Assembly (NCBI GenBank): GCA_036504335.1 | Contig: DASXVJ010000023.1 | Span: 144,389 to 208,388 of the forward strand | Length of the DNA: 64,000 nucleotides | Source of the DNA: Thermoanaerobaculia bacterium | GTDB lineage: Bacteria; Acidobacteriota; Thermoanaerobaculia; UBA5066 | Direction of reading: 5' to 3' | In this document: in pieces, positions 49,943 to 58,642 of the stretch | How positions within the stretch are numbered: the first letter of the stretch is position 1 | How the letters are laid out: every line of letters begins with the position of its first letter | The notes under the pieces: generated by a model | Database searches by the model: none | Told to the model about the DNA's origin: nothing | The model's input: the letters and a program-made list of their open reading frames with translations, nothing else | Position numbers and translations under genes: made by a program

Positions 49943-51175
49943 TTGCCTGAGATAGAGATCCGATCGCGATCGAACCGCATCGACGCCCTCGACGTCGTGC
50001 GCGGGCTCGTCATGGTCGTGATGGCGCTCGACCACGTGCGGGCTTACGTCTCGAGCGTCCCGTTCGACCCGGTCGACATGGCGCGCACGTACCCGGCGCT
50101 CTTCACCACGCGCTGGATCACGCACTTCTGCGCGCCCGCGTTCAGCTTCCTCGCGGGGACGGGCGCCTTCCTGTCCCTCTCGAGGGGGAAGACGCCCGAG
50201 AGCCTCGCGTGTTTCCTCGCGAGCCGCGGCCTCTTCCTGATCGCGCTCGAGTTTGTCGTCCTCAGGTTCGTGTGGCTCTTCAACCTCTGGCCCATGGGCT
50301 TTCTCGCGACGCTCTGGTCGCTCGGGATCGCGATGCTCGTCCTCGCACTCCTCGTGCGGATGCGCCTCGGACCGTGGCCGATCGCGGCGGCCGGGGCCGT
50401 CCTCGTCGCGGGGCACAACGCGTTCGATTTCGTCGACAGACTGCCGCTGACGGGCTTCGCCGCTGCCGCCTGGAAGGTCCTCCACGCGGGCGGGATGATC
50501 CCGTTCGGGACGCCGCCGCCCGGGTTCCCGCTGCCCGGACTCTTCACCCTCGAGGTCGGGTATCCGGCGATCCCGTGGCCCGGCGTCATGGCGCTCGGCT
50601 ACGCGTTCGGCGCCGTCCTCGCGAAACCGGGGAAGGAGCGCCGGCGCGTCGTTCTCGCTCTCGGCTTCGCGGCGACCGTCGCGTTCGTCGTCCTGCGCCT
50701 CGCGAACGCTTACGGCGACGCGCGGGCCTGGGCGCCGCAGAGGAGCGCCGCGATGACGCTCGCCGCTTTCCTGAATTGCGAGAAGTACCCGCCGTCGCTG
50801 TGCTTCCTCCTCATGACGCTCGGCCCCGTCCTGATGGTTTTTGCGTGGTGCGACCGGACGCCGGGCCCAGCCGGGCGCGCACTCTCCGTCTATGGGCGCG
50901 TCCCGATGTTCTTCTACGTCGCGCACCTGCCCCTCGTCCACCTCCTCGCCGTCGCCGTCGCGGCCGTGCAGGCGGGCGGTCTCTCGGGGCCTCTCGTGCG
51001 CTGGGCGGCGTTCCAGTCGCCGTCGTTCGTCGTCCCGCCGCCCTCCGGGTTCGGCCTTTCCCTCCCGGGCGTCTACGCGCTCTGGATCGGCGTCGTCCTC
51101 GCGCTCTACGTGCCCTGCGTGCGCTACGGCGCATTCAAGGCGAAGAGCCGCGCGGTCTGGACGACGTACCTCTAG
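49943..51175 (+). CDS. DUF1624/HGSNAT-like acyltransferase-3 family membrane protein
   Basis: RIDALDVVRGLVMVVMALDHV N-terminal motif; about 10 TM helices. Confidence 0.65.
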   Translation: MPEIEIRSRSNRIDALDVVRGLVMVVMALDHVRAYVSSVPFDPVDMARTYPALFTTRWITHFCAPAFSFLAGTGAFLSLSRGKTPESLACFLASRGLFLIALEFVVLRFVWLFNLWPMGFLATLWSLGIAMLVLALLVRMRLGPWPIAAAGAVLVAGHNAFDFVDRLPLTGFAAAAWKVLHAGGMIPFGTPPPGFPLPGLFTLEVGYPAIPWPGVMALGYAFGAVLAKPGKERRRVVLALGFAATVAFVVLRLANAYGDARAWAPQRSAAMTLAAFLNCEKYPPSLCFLLMTLGPVLMVFAWCDRTPGPAGRALSVYGRVPMFFYVAHLPLVHLLAVAVAAVQAGGLSGPLVRWAAFQSPSFVVPPPSGFGLSLPGVYALWIGVVLALYVPCVRYGAFKAKSRAVWTTYL

Positions 51176-51184
51176 CGCGGCCGC

Positions 51185-52087
51185 TCAGCCGGCATTCGAG
51201 ACGGGGCGCAGCGTCCGGAAGAAGCCGCGGACGAGCGTGGACGCGACGTGCGCCCGATAGGCCGCGGTCGAGCGCACGTCGTCGATCGGCGCGATGTCGC
51301 GCTGCACCGCGGCGTCGAGCTGGTCGTCGGGCACGGCGAGCGGGCCCGGCGACACCGCGAGAGCCCGCACGGTGGGAAGCGCCACCGTCACGGGCGCCAC
51401 GGAGCCCATCCCGAGCCCGACCCTCACGCAGCGGCCGCGCTCGTACTCGCCGACCGCCGCGAGGGCGACCTTCGAGATCGACTGCGCCGCGCGCGTCCCG
51501 ACCTTGCGCCAGAGCTGGTGCGCGCCGGACTTCGGCAGGGTGAACTCGACCCGCACGAGGATCTCGTCGGCGGCGCGCGCCGTGCGCCGGTAGCCCGTGA
51601 ACCACTGTCCGATCGGGACGCGCCGCTCGCCGAGCACGCTTGCCAGGACGACGTCCGCGTCGAGCGCCATGAGGGCGGCGCTCCCGTCGGCGGCGGGCGA
51701 CGCGGTCGCCAGGTTTCCGCCGAGCGTTCCACGCGCCTGGATCTGCACGGCGCCGACGTCGCGTGCCATCGCCGTGAGCATCGGAACGCGGCGCGTGAGG
51801 ACGGCGTGATGACGCACCTCGAGGTACGTCGCCGCCGCCCCGATCACGGCCCGCTCGCCCGCGATCTTCACTCCGAGGAGCTCGGGGACGCGCGAGACGT
51901 CGAGGACCAGCGGCAGCTCGCCGCCGAGCGAGAGCGGCGCGAGCCGCTGGGAGACGATCCAGTCGGTGCCGCCCGCGACGAGGACGGTCTCCTCCCCCTT
52001 GCCGGCGCGGCGCGAAAGCGTCGCGCAGGCCTCGGCGAGGGACGCGGGCCGCTCGAAGGCGTGGAGGGGCAGCTCAGCCAGGCTCAC
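51185..52087 (-). CDS. Xanthine-dehydrogenase-family FAD-binding subunit (CoxM/XdhB-like)
   Basis: FAD-binding motifs AGGTDW and GTLGGNLA; CO-dehydrogenase flavoprotein C-terminal domain. Confidence 0.85.
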   Translation of the reverse strand: MSLAELPLHAFERPASLAEACATLSRRAGKGEETVLVAGGTDWIVSQRLAPLSLGGELPLVLDVSRVPELLGVKIAGERAVIGAAATYLEVRHHAVLTRRVPMLTAMARDVGAVQIQARGTLGGNLATASPAADGSAALMALDADVVLASVLGERRVPIGQWFTGYRRTARAADEILVRVEFTLPKSGAHQLWRKVGTRAAQSISKVALAAVGEYERGRCVRVGLGMGSVAPVTVALPTVRALAVSPGPLAVPDDQLDAAVQRDIAPIDDVRSTAAYRAHVASTLVRGFFRTLRPVSNAG

Positions 52088-52550
52088 GCGACGTCCTCTC
52101 CTTCGCGGCGGCTCGCACGGCCTCGACGATGCGCTGGTAGCCGGTGCAGCGGCAGAGGTTGCCCGCGAGCGCCTCGCGGATGTCCGTCTCGCCCGGCTGT
52201 GGAATCGCCGCGAGGAGCGCCTCGGCCGAGACGAGGAAGCCGGGCGTGCAGATCCCGCACTGCGCGCCGCCCTCCTTCACGAACGCCTCCTGGAGGGGCG
52301 AGAGGTGCTCGGGATCGCCGAGGCCTTCGACGGTCGTCACGGCGCGCCCCTCGACCTGTCCGAAGAGGACGAGGCACGCGTTCACGGGGGCGCCGTCGAG
52401 GAGGACGGTGCACGATCCGCACTCGCCTTCGCCGCAGCCCTCTTTCGTGCCCGTCAGGCCGAGCGCCCCGCGCAGGACGTCGAGGAGCCGCGAGGAGGGC
52501 GGCGCGTCGACCGCCGCGGGTCGCCCGTTGAGGACGAAGCGCACGTTCAC
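52074..52550 (-). CDS. Xanthine-dehydrogenase-family [2Fe-2S] subunit (CoxS-like)
   Basis: CGEGECGSC and CGICTPG...CRCTGY cluster motifs. GTG start; the rest of the 711-aa track ORF is an out-of-frame artefact. Confidence 0.85.
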   Translation of the reverse strand: MNVRFVLNGRPAAVDAPPSSRLLDVLRGALGLTGTKEGCGEGECGSCTVLLDGAPVNACLVLFGQVEGRAVTTVEGLGDPEHLSPLQEAFVKEGGAQCGICTPGFLVSAEALLAAIPQPGETDIREALAGNLCRCTGYQRIVEAVRAAAKERTSREPG

Positions 52551-54805
52551 CGCCGGGTCTCCTTCGAGAGCGCGAAGAGCGTCTCGGGCAGGAGCGGGAG
52601 GTCGTCGCAGACGATTCCCGTCGCGTGCTCGACGGCCGCGGCGACCGCGGGCGCGCCGCCGTCCATCGGAATCTCGCCGAGGCCTTTGGCGCCCCCGCCG
52701 GGACCTCTCGAGAACGGGTCCTCGACGAGGAGCGTCGTGAAGCGCGGGGCGTCGAGGATCGTCGGGATCACGTAGTCCGTCAGGCGGGCGTTCACGACGC
52801 GGCCCTCGCGCATCACGAGGTTTTCCTGGAGCGCCCAGCCGATCGCCTGCAGGAGGCCGCCCTCGATCTGGCCCTTGCAGTTGGTCGGGTGAATGGCCCT
52901 GCCGACGTCGTGCGCGCTCCAGAGGCCGAGCACGCTCGTCTCGAACGTGTCGAGGTCCACCTCGACCTCCGCGATCGCGCAGCCCCAGCCGTACACGGGG
53001 TACGCGTCGCCGCGATACGTGGCGTCGTCCCACGCGAGGCCCGGCGGCGGCTCGTACTCCCGCTCCACAGTGACGGTTCCGTGGGCCGCGAGGAGACGGC
53101 GGGCCGCGTCTTCGAACGAGCCGCCCTTCTGCTGGCGTTCTCCCTCGATCTGCGCGAAAAGCGACCGGGCGGCCGCCTCGAGGACGCCGCCCACGATCAT
53201 CACGGTGCGCGACGCGACCGTCGGCCCGGAGTCGGGCACGGCCGCCGTCGACGGCGTGGCGAACTCGACGCGATCCATCGAGACCCAGAGAGCCTCGGCC
53301 GCGATCTGACGGAAGACCGTCTCCGTGCCCTGTCCGATGTCCGTCGAGCCGCCGCGGACGCGGAAGCGGGCCCGGCCCGTCTGCGGGTCCGCCAGGAGGT
53401 CGACCGCGATGCGCGCGCGGTGCGCGAGCTCGCCCGAGCCCGTGAAGCCGGCGCCGTGAAGATAGACGCTCGCGCCGACGCCGCGGGCCTTGCGCGCCGT
53501 CACGGCGCCGGGCGGCGGGAGGCGGAACATGCCGGAGGCCGCCGGCGCAGGTGACGCGCGCCTTTCCTCCCACCGGCTCGCCTTCTTCGCCTCCTCGACG
53601 CAGCGGGCGACGCCGACGGACTCCTTCAGGAACTGGCCGGTCGGCGTCGTGTCCCCGACCCGCAGGAGGTTCTTCTCGCGCAGGAGAAGCGGGTCGAGGC
53701 GCAGCGTGCGCGCGATCCGGTCCATGTGCCGCTCCATGGCCCAGATCGTCTGGGGCGCGCCGAACCCCCGGAAGGCGCCGTTTGGAGGCGTGTTCGTGGC
53801 GACGGCCTGCGCCTCGATCGCGACGTGCTCCCAGCGGTAGGCGCCCGCGGCGTGGAGGGCGCCGCGCGAGAGGACGACGGGCGAGAGCGTCACGTACGCG
53901 CCTCCGTCGAGCACGATCCGGATGGAAGCGGCGCGGAGCGTCCCGTCGCGGTCGCAGCCGGACGTGATCGACACGGAGGACGGGTGGCGCTTCGTCGTCG
54001 CCTCGATGTCCTCCTTGCGGTCGTAGATCATCTTCACGGGCCGGCCGCTCGCCTTCGCGAGGAGAAGGGCGTGCAGCGCGAGGATCGTCGGGTACTCCTC
54101 CTTGCCGCCGAAGCCGCCGCCCGTGACGGCCTGCGTCACGTCGACCCGCTCGTCCGTGAGCCCGAACGTCCGCTTGATCCCCTTGTGGATGTAGTACGGG
54201 CACTGGCACGAGGACAGGACGTGCGCTCCGCCGTCCTCGTCCCAGTGCGCGAGGACGCCCTGCGGCTCGAGGTAGACGTGCTCCTGGTGGGGCGTCGTGT
54301 ACGTCCCCGAGAGCTGGACGGGGCAGGCCGCGATCGCGGCCGCCGCGTCGCCCTTCGCGATGTGGACGGTGCGGAAGACGTTGTCGGACCCGTAGATCTG
54401 CGCGCTGCGGGAGAGCGCGTCCGCCACGGTCAGGACCGGAGGCAGCGGCTCGATGTCGGCCCGGAGGTGCTGGAGAGCGCGTTGGACCCTCAGCCCGTCC
54501 TCGCCCGCGACGAGCGCGAGCGGCTCGCCCGCGTGCCGGACGTCGTCCGCCGCGAGGACGGGCTGGTCCTCCTCGATGAGGGCGACGACGTTCGCGGGGA
54601 CGTTCTCCGCCGTGACGACCGTGAGGCCCGTCCAGTCGAAGGAAGGGTCCTTCGCGATGCCGCGCAGGCGGCCGCGTGCGACCGTCGAGCGCAGCGTGGC
54701 GCCCACCAATGTCCCCGGCACGGCGACGTCGTCGACGTAGCGCGCCCGCCCCGTGACCTTCGCGGGTCCGTCCGGGCGCGGGACGCTGCGGCCGACGAGC
54801 GCCAT
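52547..54805 (-). CDS. Xanthine-dehydrogenase-family molybdopterin-binding large subunit (CoxL/XdhA-like)
   Basis: MALVGRSVPRPDGPAKVTGRARYVDD N-terminus and the aldehyde-oxidase a/b hammerhead and MoCo domains. The 1134-aa track ORF is trimmed to the ATG overlapping the yfcH stop (ATGA). Confidence 0.85.
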   Translation of the reverse strand: MALVGRSVPRPDGPAKVTGRARYVDDVAVPGTLVGATLRSTVARGRLRGIAKDPSFDWTGLTVVTAENVPANVVALIEEDQPVLAADDVRHAGEPLALVAGEDGLRVQRALQHLRADIEPLPPVLTVADALSRSAQIYGSDNVFRTVHIAKGDAAAAIAACPVQLSGTYTTPHQEHVYLEPQGVLAHWDEDGGAHVLSSCQCPYYIHKGIKRTFGLTDERVDVTQAVTGGGFGGKEEYPTILALHALLLAKASGRPVKMIYDRKEDIEATTKRHPSSVSITSGCDRDGTLRAASIRIVLDGGAYVTLSPVVLSRGALHAAGAYRWEHVAIEAQAVATNTPPNGAFRGFGAPQTIWAMERHMDRIARTLRLDPLLLREKNLLRVGDTTPTGQFLKESVGVARCVEEAKKASRWEERRASPAPAASGMFRLPPPGAVTARKARGVGASVYLHGAGFTGSGELAHRARIAVDLLADPQTGRARFRVRGGSTDIGQGTETVFRQIAAEALWVSMDRVEFATPSTAAVPDSGPTVASRTVMIVGGVLEAAARSLFAQIEGERQQKGGSFEDAARRLLAAHGTVTVEREYEPPPGLAWDDATYRGDAYPVYGWGCAIAEVEVDLDTFETSVLGLWSAHDVGRAIHPTNCKGQIEGGLLQAIGWALQENLVMREGRVVNARLTDYVIPTILDAPRFTTLLVEDPFSRGPGGGAKGLGEIPMDGGAPAVAAAVEHATGIVCDDLPLLPETLFALSKETRR

Positions 54806-55710
54806 CAGTCTCCGACGACGTCCTTCAGCGCGGGGAGGACGTCCTTGAAGCGGAACGTGAACCCGAGGCCGAGGGCTTTCCGGGGGACGACGCGCTGGCC
54901 GTCGAGGACGACCGTCGCCATCTCGCCGAGCGCGAGCCGGATCGCGGCGGCGGGGGCCTTCGCGAAGCTCGGGCGGTGGAGCGCGCGGCCGAGAGCGGTC
55001 GCGAAGTCGCGCATCGTGACGGGGTTCGGCGCCGTCGCGTTGACGGGGCCGGCGACCGCGGGGTTCTCGACGGTCCAGAGGTACATCTCGACGAGGTCGG
55101 CCTGGTGAATCCACGACATCCACTGCCGGCCGCTGCCGAGCGGACCGCCGACGAACGCCTTGAACGGCGGGAGCATCTTCGCGAGGGCGCCTCCGCCGGC
55201 GCCGAGGACGACCCCCGTCCGCAGCATCGCGACCCTCGTGCCGAGCGGCTCGAAGGCGCGCGCGGCGGCCTCCCACTCGACGCACAGGCGTGCGAGGAAG
55301 TCGTCGCCGGGGGACGCGCTCTCGTCGAGGATCTCGTCGCCGCGCGGGCCGTAGAAGCCGACCGCCGACGCGTTCACGAGGACCGCGGGCTTCTGCGCGG
55401 CCTTCTCGGCGGCCGCCTTCAGGCGCGCGGCGGCGTTGAGGCGGCTCGTCGCGATGCGCTCCTTGGCCGCGGCGGTCCAGCGCTGGGCGATCGTCTCTCC
55501 GGCGAGGTTCACGAGGGCGCCGGCGCCGTCGACGAAGCCCTCCCACGCCGCGCCTTCCGCCCACGAGACGACGCGGACCTTCGGATGCACGTGGTCGCGC
55601 GAGCGCGACGCGTCGCGTGTGAGGGCGATCACGTCGTGACCCTTCGCGACGAGACGCTCGCACAGCTTCGGCCCGATGAAGCCGGTTCCACCGGTGACGA
55701 TGACGCGCAT
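54805..55710 (-). CDS. yfcH: TIGR01777/YfcH-family NAD-dependent epimerase (DUF1731)
   Basis: VTGGTGFIG Rossmann motif and C-terminal DUF1731. Confidence 0.8.
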   Translation of the reverse strand: MRVIVTGGTGFIGPKLCERLVAKGHDVIALTRDASRSRDHVHPKVRVVSWAEGAAWEGFVDGAGALVNLAGETIAQRWTAAAKERIATSRLNAAARLKAAAEKAAQKPAVLVNASAVGFYGPRGDEILDESASPGDDFLARLCVEWEAAARAFEPLGTRVAMLRTGVVLGAGGGALAKMLPPFKAFVGGPLGSGRQWMSWIHQADLVEMYLWTVENPAVAGPVNATAPNPVTMRDFATALGRALHRPSFAKAPAAAIRLALGEMATVVLDGQRVVPRKALGLGFTFRFKDVLPALKDVVGD

Positions 55711-55775
55711 CCGCTCTCCTTGTCCCCCGATCGTACCGAAATCGGACGGGCCGGGAGCGCCGTATCCTTTCGGGG

Positions 55776-56660
55776 GTGAGAGTTGTCCGCCGAGCCGCCG
55801 CCGCCGGATTCGCCGTCGCGCTTGCCGCGGGGCCAGCGGGCGCGTCCGACGTGGATCCGGTCGAGCTGATCCGGCGGGTCGTGAGGAGCCAGCGGCGAGT
55901 CGAGGCCGTCTTCGAGGGCGTGACGTTCGACCAGCGCGAGGTCCAGATCACGTGGGGGGCGAAGGGCCGCCCGGAGAAGGTCGAATCGCGCCTCTTCTAC
56001 GTCTTCGCCGGCGAGAACGGCGCGGAGGGCTCCCGCGAGCTCGTCGAGGTCGACGGCCGCCCGGCGACGGAGGACGAAAAGAGAAAGGCCGCCGAGCGGG
56101 ACGAAAAGAGCCGGAAGCGGCGCGTCGAGGAGAAGGCCGAGGCGGCGGCGAAGGCCCCGCCGCGCATAGCCGGCGACGAGGACGACCCGCTCGTCGGCTC
56201 GCGCCGGCTCTCGGAGCTCATCGGCCGGTATACGATCCGGCTCGTGGGCGAAGAGGTCATCGAGGGGCGGCTCGCCTACGTCCTCGACTTCTCCCCGAGC
56301 CCCACGGCCCCGGCTCCGAAGGGGCTCGGCGACCGCGCGCTGAACGCCCTCGAGGGCCGCGCCGTGATCGACGCCTCCACGTTCCAGGTCCGGTCGGTCG
56401 AGGCCCGCCTGACCCGGCCCCTGAAGGTCGCCGGGGGCCTCGCCGCGAACGTGAAGGACGCGGACGTGTCGTACACGGGCCAGCCCGCCGGGGGCGGCCT
56501 CTGGTTCCCGTGCGCCGTGGACTTCCGCGTGACCGGCAAGACCGCGCTCTTCTTCCGTCTCGACACGTCGTTCCGGGCGACGTTCACGAACCTGAGGCGT
56601 TTCAACGTCGAAACCGAAACGGACGTCCGCCCGGAGGCGGACGCCGGGAGCACACCATGA
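55776..56660 (+). CDS. Secreted hypothetical protein (LolA-like fold?)
   Basis: Signal peptide AAAGFAVALAAGPAGA. Charged KR/E-rich insert in the middle. GTG start. Confidence 0.5.
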   Translation: MRVVRRAAAAGFAVALAAGPAGASDVDPVELIRRVVRSQRRVEAVFEGVTFDQREVQITWGAKGRPEKVESRLFYVFAGENGAEGSRELVEVDGRPATEDEKRKAAERDEKSRKRRVEEKAEAAAKAPPRIAGDEDDPLVGSRRLSELIGRYTIRLVGEEVIEGRLAYVLDFSPSPTAPAPKGLGDRALNALEGRAVIDASTFQVRSVEARLTRPLKVAGGLAANVKDADVSYTGQPAGGGLWFPCAVDFRVTGKTALFFRLDTSFRATFTNLRRFNVETETDVRPEADAGSTP

Positions 56661-57229
56661 CCCCTTCCCGCCGCCGCTCCGTTCTCCTCGCCGCCGGCGC
56701 ATTCGTCGCCGCCGCCATGGGTTACGCCTACTGGCTCTCGCTCACGCCGGCCACGCACCCGGACCACGACCACGGGATCCTGAACCTCGACGCGGGGGGA
56801 CGCCTCGTCGTCGAGACGCGCGACGGAAAGAGCCGCAACCTCGTCGGAAAGCCGGGCCATGCGCTCGTGCTGCACTTCTTCTCGACGGCGGCGCCCGGCG
56901 CCTCCGACGAGCTCGCGGGAATCTTCCTCCAGCAGGAGGCGCTCAAGGGCGACACGAGCGTCGAGTTCGTCCTCATCGCGCGCGAGAAGGATTTCGCTGC
57001 CCTGGACGCGTGGCTCAAGGAGAAAAGCCTCGTGCCGCCGTTCCCGCAGACGCTCGTGCTCGACCCATCGGGCGACGCGACGATGAAGCTCAACTCGAAG
57101 CGGCCGAGCGAGACGATGTTTTTCGCGGCCGACGGCAAGCTCGCGTCGCAGGCGCGCGGCTCGCTCCGCTGGCCCGACGGCGCCGCCCCGCACCTCGCGA
57201 AGGCGCGGAGCGGCGAGGCGATCGAGTAG
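56657..57229 (+). CDS. Thioredoxin-fold (TlpA/redoxin-like) protein lacking the CxxC motif
   Basis: N-terminal TM anchor. HALVLHFFSTAAPGASDE aligns with the WCxxC region, with Cys replaced by S/A. ATG overlaps the upstream stop (ATGA). Confidence 0.5.
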   Translation: MTPSRRRSVLLAAGAFVAAAMGYAYWLSLTPATHPDHDHGILNLDAGGRLVVETRDGKSRNLVGKPGHALVLHFFSTAAPGASDELAGIFLQQEALKGDTSVEFVLIAREKDFAALDAWLKEKSLVPPFPQTLVLDPSGDATMKLNSKRPSETMFFAADGKLASQARGSLRWPDGAAPHLAKARSGEAIE

Positions 57230-57232
57230 CGG

Positions 57233-57706
57233 CTACTTCTTGGCCGGCGCGGGGTCGTCCGACGCCTGGTCGGAGACGTACTTCCAGGAGCCGTCCTTCT
57301 GCTGGGCGGCGACCGCGCACCACCTCCCGACCTCCGTCGTCGGCGCGCCGCCGGCCTTCGGCACCGTCGTGATCTTGAAGGCACCCCAGCCCGCCGACAC
57401 CTTGCCGGACGACCGGTAGTGGTTGTCCATCACGGCGGCTTCCGTCACCTTGACTTCCTTGAGCCAGCCCGCGTAGGCGTCCGCAATCGCCTTCTTGCCC
57501 TTGATCGCGCCGCTCCCGGGAAGGACGAGGACGGCGTCGTCGGCGTAGAGCGCGGCGCACGCCGCCGCGTCGTTGGCGAGCATCGCCTTCGTCCACGCGC
57601 TGTCCAGGGTCATCAGTCCGTGCCTGGGCGCCTCGTCGGCCGCCAGGGCGGGACCGGCCGCGAGAGCCACGCACGCGAGAAAACACGCCAGGATCGTCTT
57701 CTTCAT
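57233..57706 (-). CDS. Secreted SnoaL/NTF2-like (DUF4440-type) protein
   Basis: Signal peptide. Roughly 130-aa alpha+beta cone fold pattern (LYADDAVLVLPG...GKKAI). Confidence 0.55.
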   Translation of the reverse strand: MKKTILACFLACVALAAGPALAADEAPRHGLMTLDSAWTKAMLANDAAACAALYADDAVLVLPGSGAIKGKKAIADAYAGWLKEVKVTEAAVMDNHYRSSGKVSAGWGAFKITTVPKAGGAPTTEVGRWCAVAAQQKDGSWKYVSDQASDDPAPAKK

Positions 57707-57754
57707 GGATTCTCCTTCCGTCTTCGGTTGGGACGGAGATTCTATCTCAGCGAA
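57707..57754 (-). promoter_or_regulatory. Stem-loop sequestering the Shine-Dalgarno of the SnoaL-like gene
   Basis: Plus strand TCCGTC (57715-20)...GACGGA with a 10-nt loop. The left arm is the reverse complement of the GGAAGGAG Shine-Dalgarno. Confidence 0.3.
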
Positions 57755-58642
57755 TCAGCGTCGCGACTCGCCGAGCGTGATCAGGACGACGGCCCCGACG
57801 ATCACGGCGGCGGCGACGAGCGTCCGCGTCGAGACCGGCTCGGCGGCGAGGAGCCAGCCCAGGAACACGGCGACGACCGGGTTCACGAACGCGTACGTCG
57901 AGACGAGCGCCGGCGAGGCGGCGCGCAGCAGCCAGATGTACGCCGTGAACGCGACGAGCGAGCCGAAGACGACGAGGTAGGCGACGGCCGCGAGCGACCG
58001 GCCCGAGACGAGGGAGGGCGAGAAGCGCGCCCACTCGCCCGCGAACCCGGAGGCGCCGCCGAGGAGGGCGCCGCCCGCGAGCATCTGAAGGGCGGTCGCC
58101 TGGAGCGGCGACGCGGACGGCTGGAAGTGGCGCGAGAGGAGGGAGCCGAGCGCCCACGCGAAGGCCGCGAACAGGACGGCCGCGGCGCCCCCGAGGTCCA
58201 CGCGCTCGCCCCCGAGGCCGGCCGGCCCCACGAGGAGAACGACGCCGATGACCCCGAGCGCGACGCCGAAGAGAGCGCGGCCGGACGGACGCCGCCGCTC
58301 CTGGGGGAGCGTCGCCTGCAGGAGCACGATGAAGAGCGGCTCGACGGCGACGAGGAGGGCCGCGAGGCCGGAGGCGATCCGCAGCTCGGCCCAGACGACG
58401 CCGCCGTTGCCGCAGAGGAGCATGAGCCCGCCGGTCAGGAAGGCCGGGCCGAGGTCGCGAAGGGCGATGCGCGGCGCGCCGCGATATTTCACCCATGCGA
58501 GGAGGAGGCTGCCGGCCACGAGGTACCTCGCCGACGCCATCGTGAACGGCGGAATCGTCTCGAGGGCCCAGCGGATCGCGAGATACGTCGAGCCCCAGAC
58601 GACGTAGATGACGAGGAGCGCGGGGGCGACGCCGCGTTTCAC
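57755..58642 (-). CDS. EamA/DMT-superfamily transporter
   Basis: Ten TM helices in two EamA repeats. Confidence 0.8.
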   Translation of the reverse strand: MKRGVAPALLVIYVVWGSTYLAIRWALETIPPFTMASARYLVAGSLLLAWVKYRGAPRIALRDLGPAFLTGGLMLLCGNGGVVWAELRIASGLAALLVAVEPLFIVLLQATLPQERRRPSGRALFGVALGVIGVVLLVGPAGLGGERVDLGGAAAVLFAAFAWALGSLLSRHFQPSASPLQATALQMLAGGALLGGASGFAGEWARFSPSLVSGRSLAAVAYLVVFGSLVAFTAYIWLLRAASPALVSTYAFVNPVVAVFLGWLLAAEPVSTRTLVAAAVIVGAVVLITLGESRR

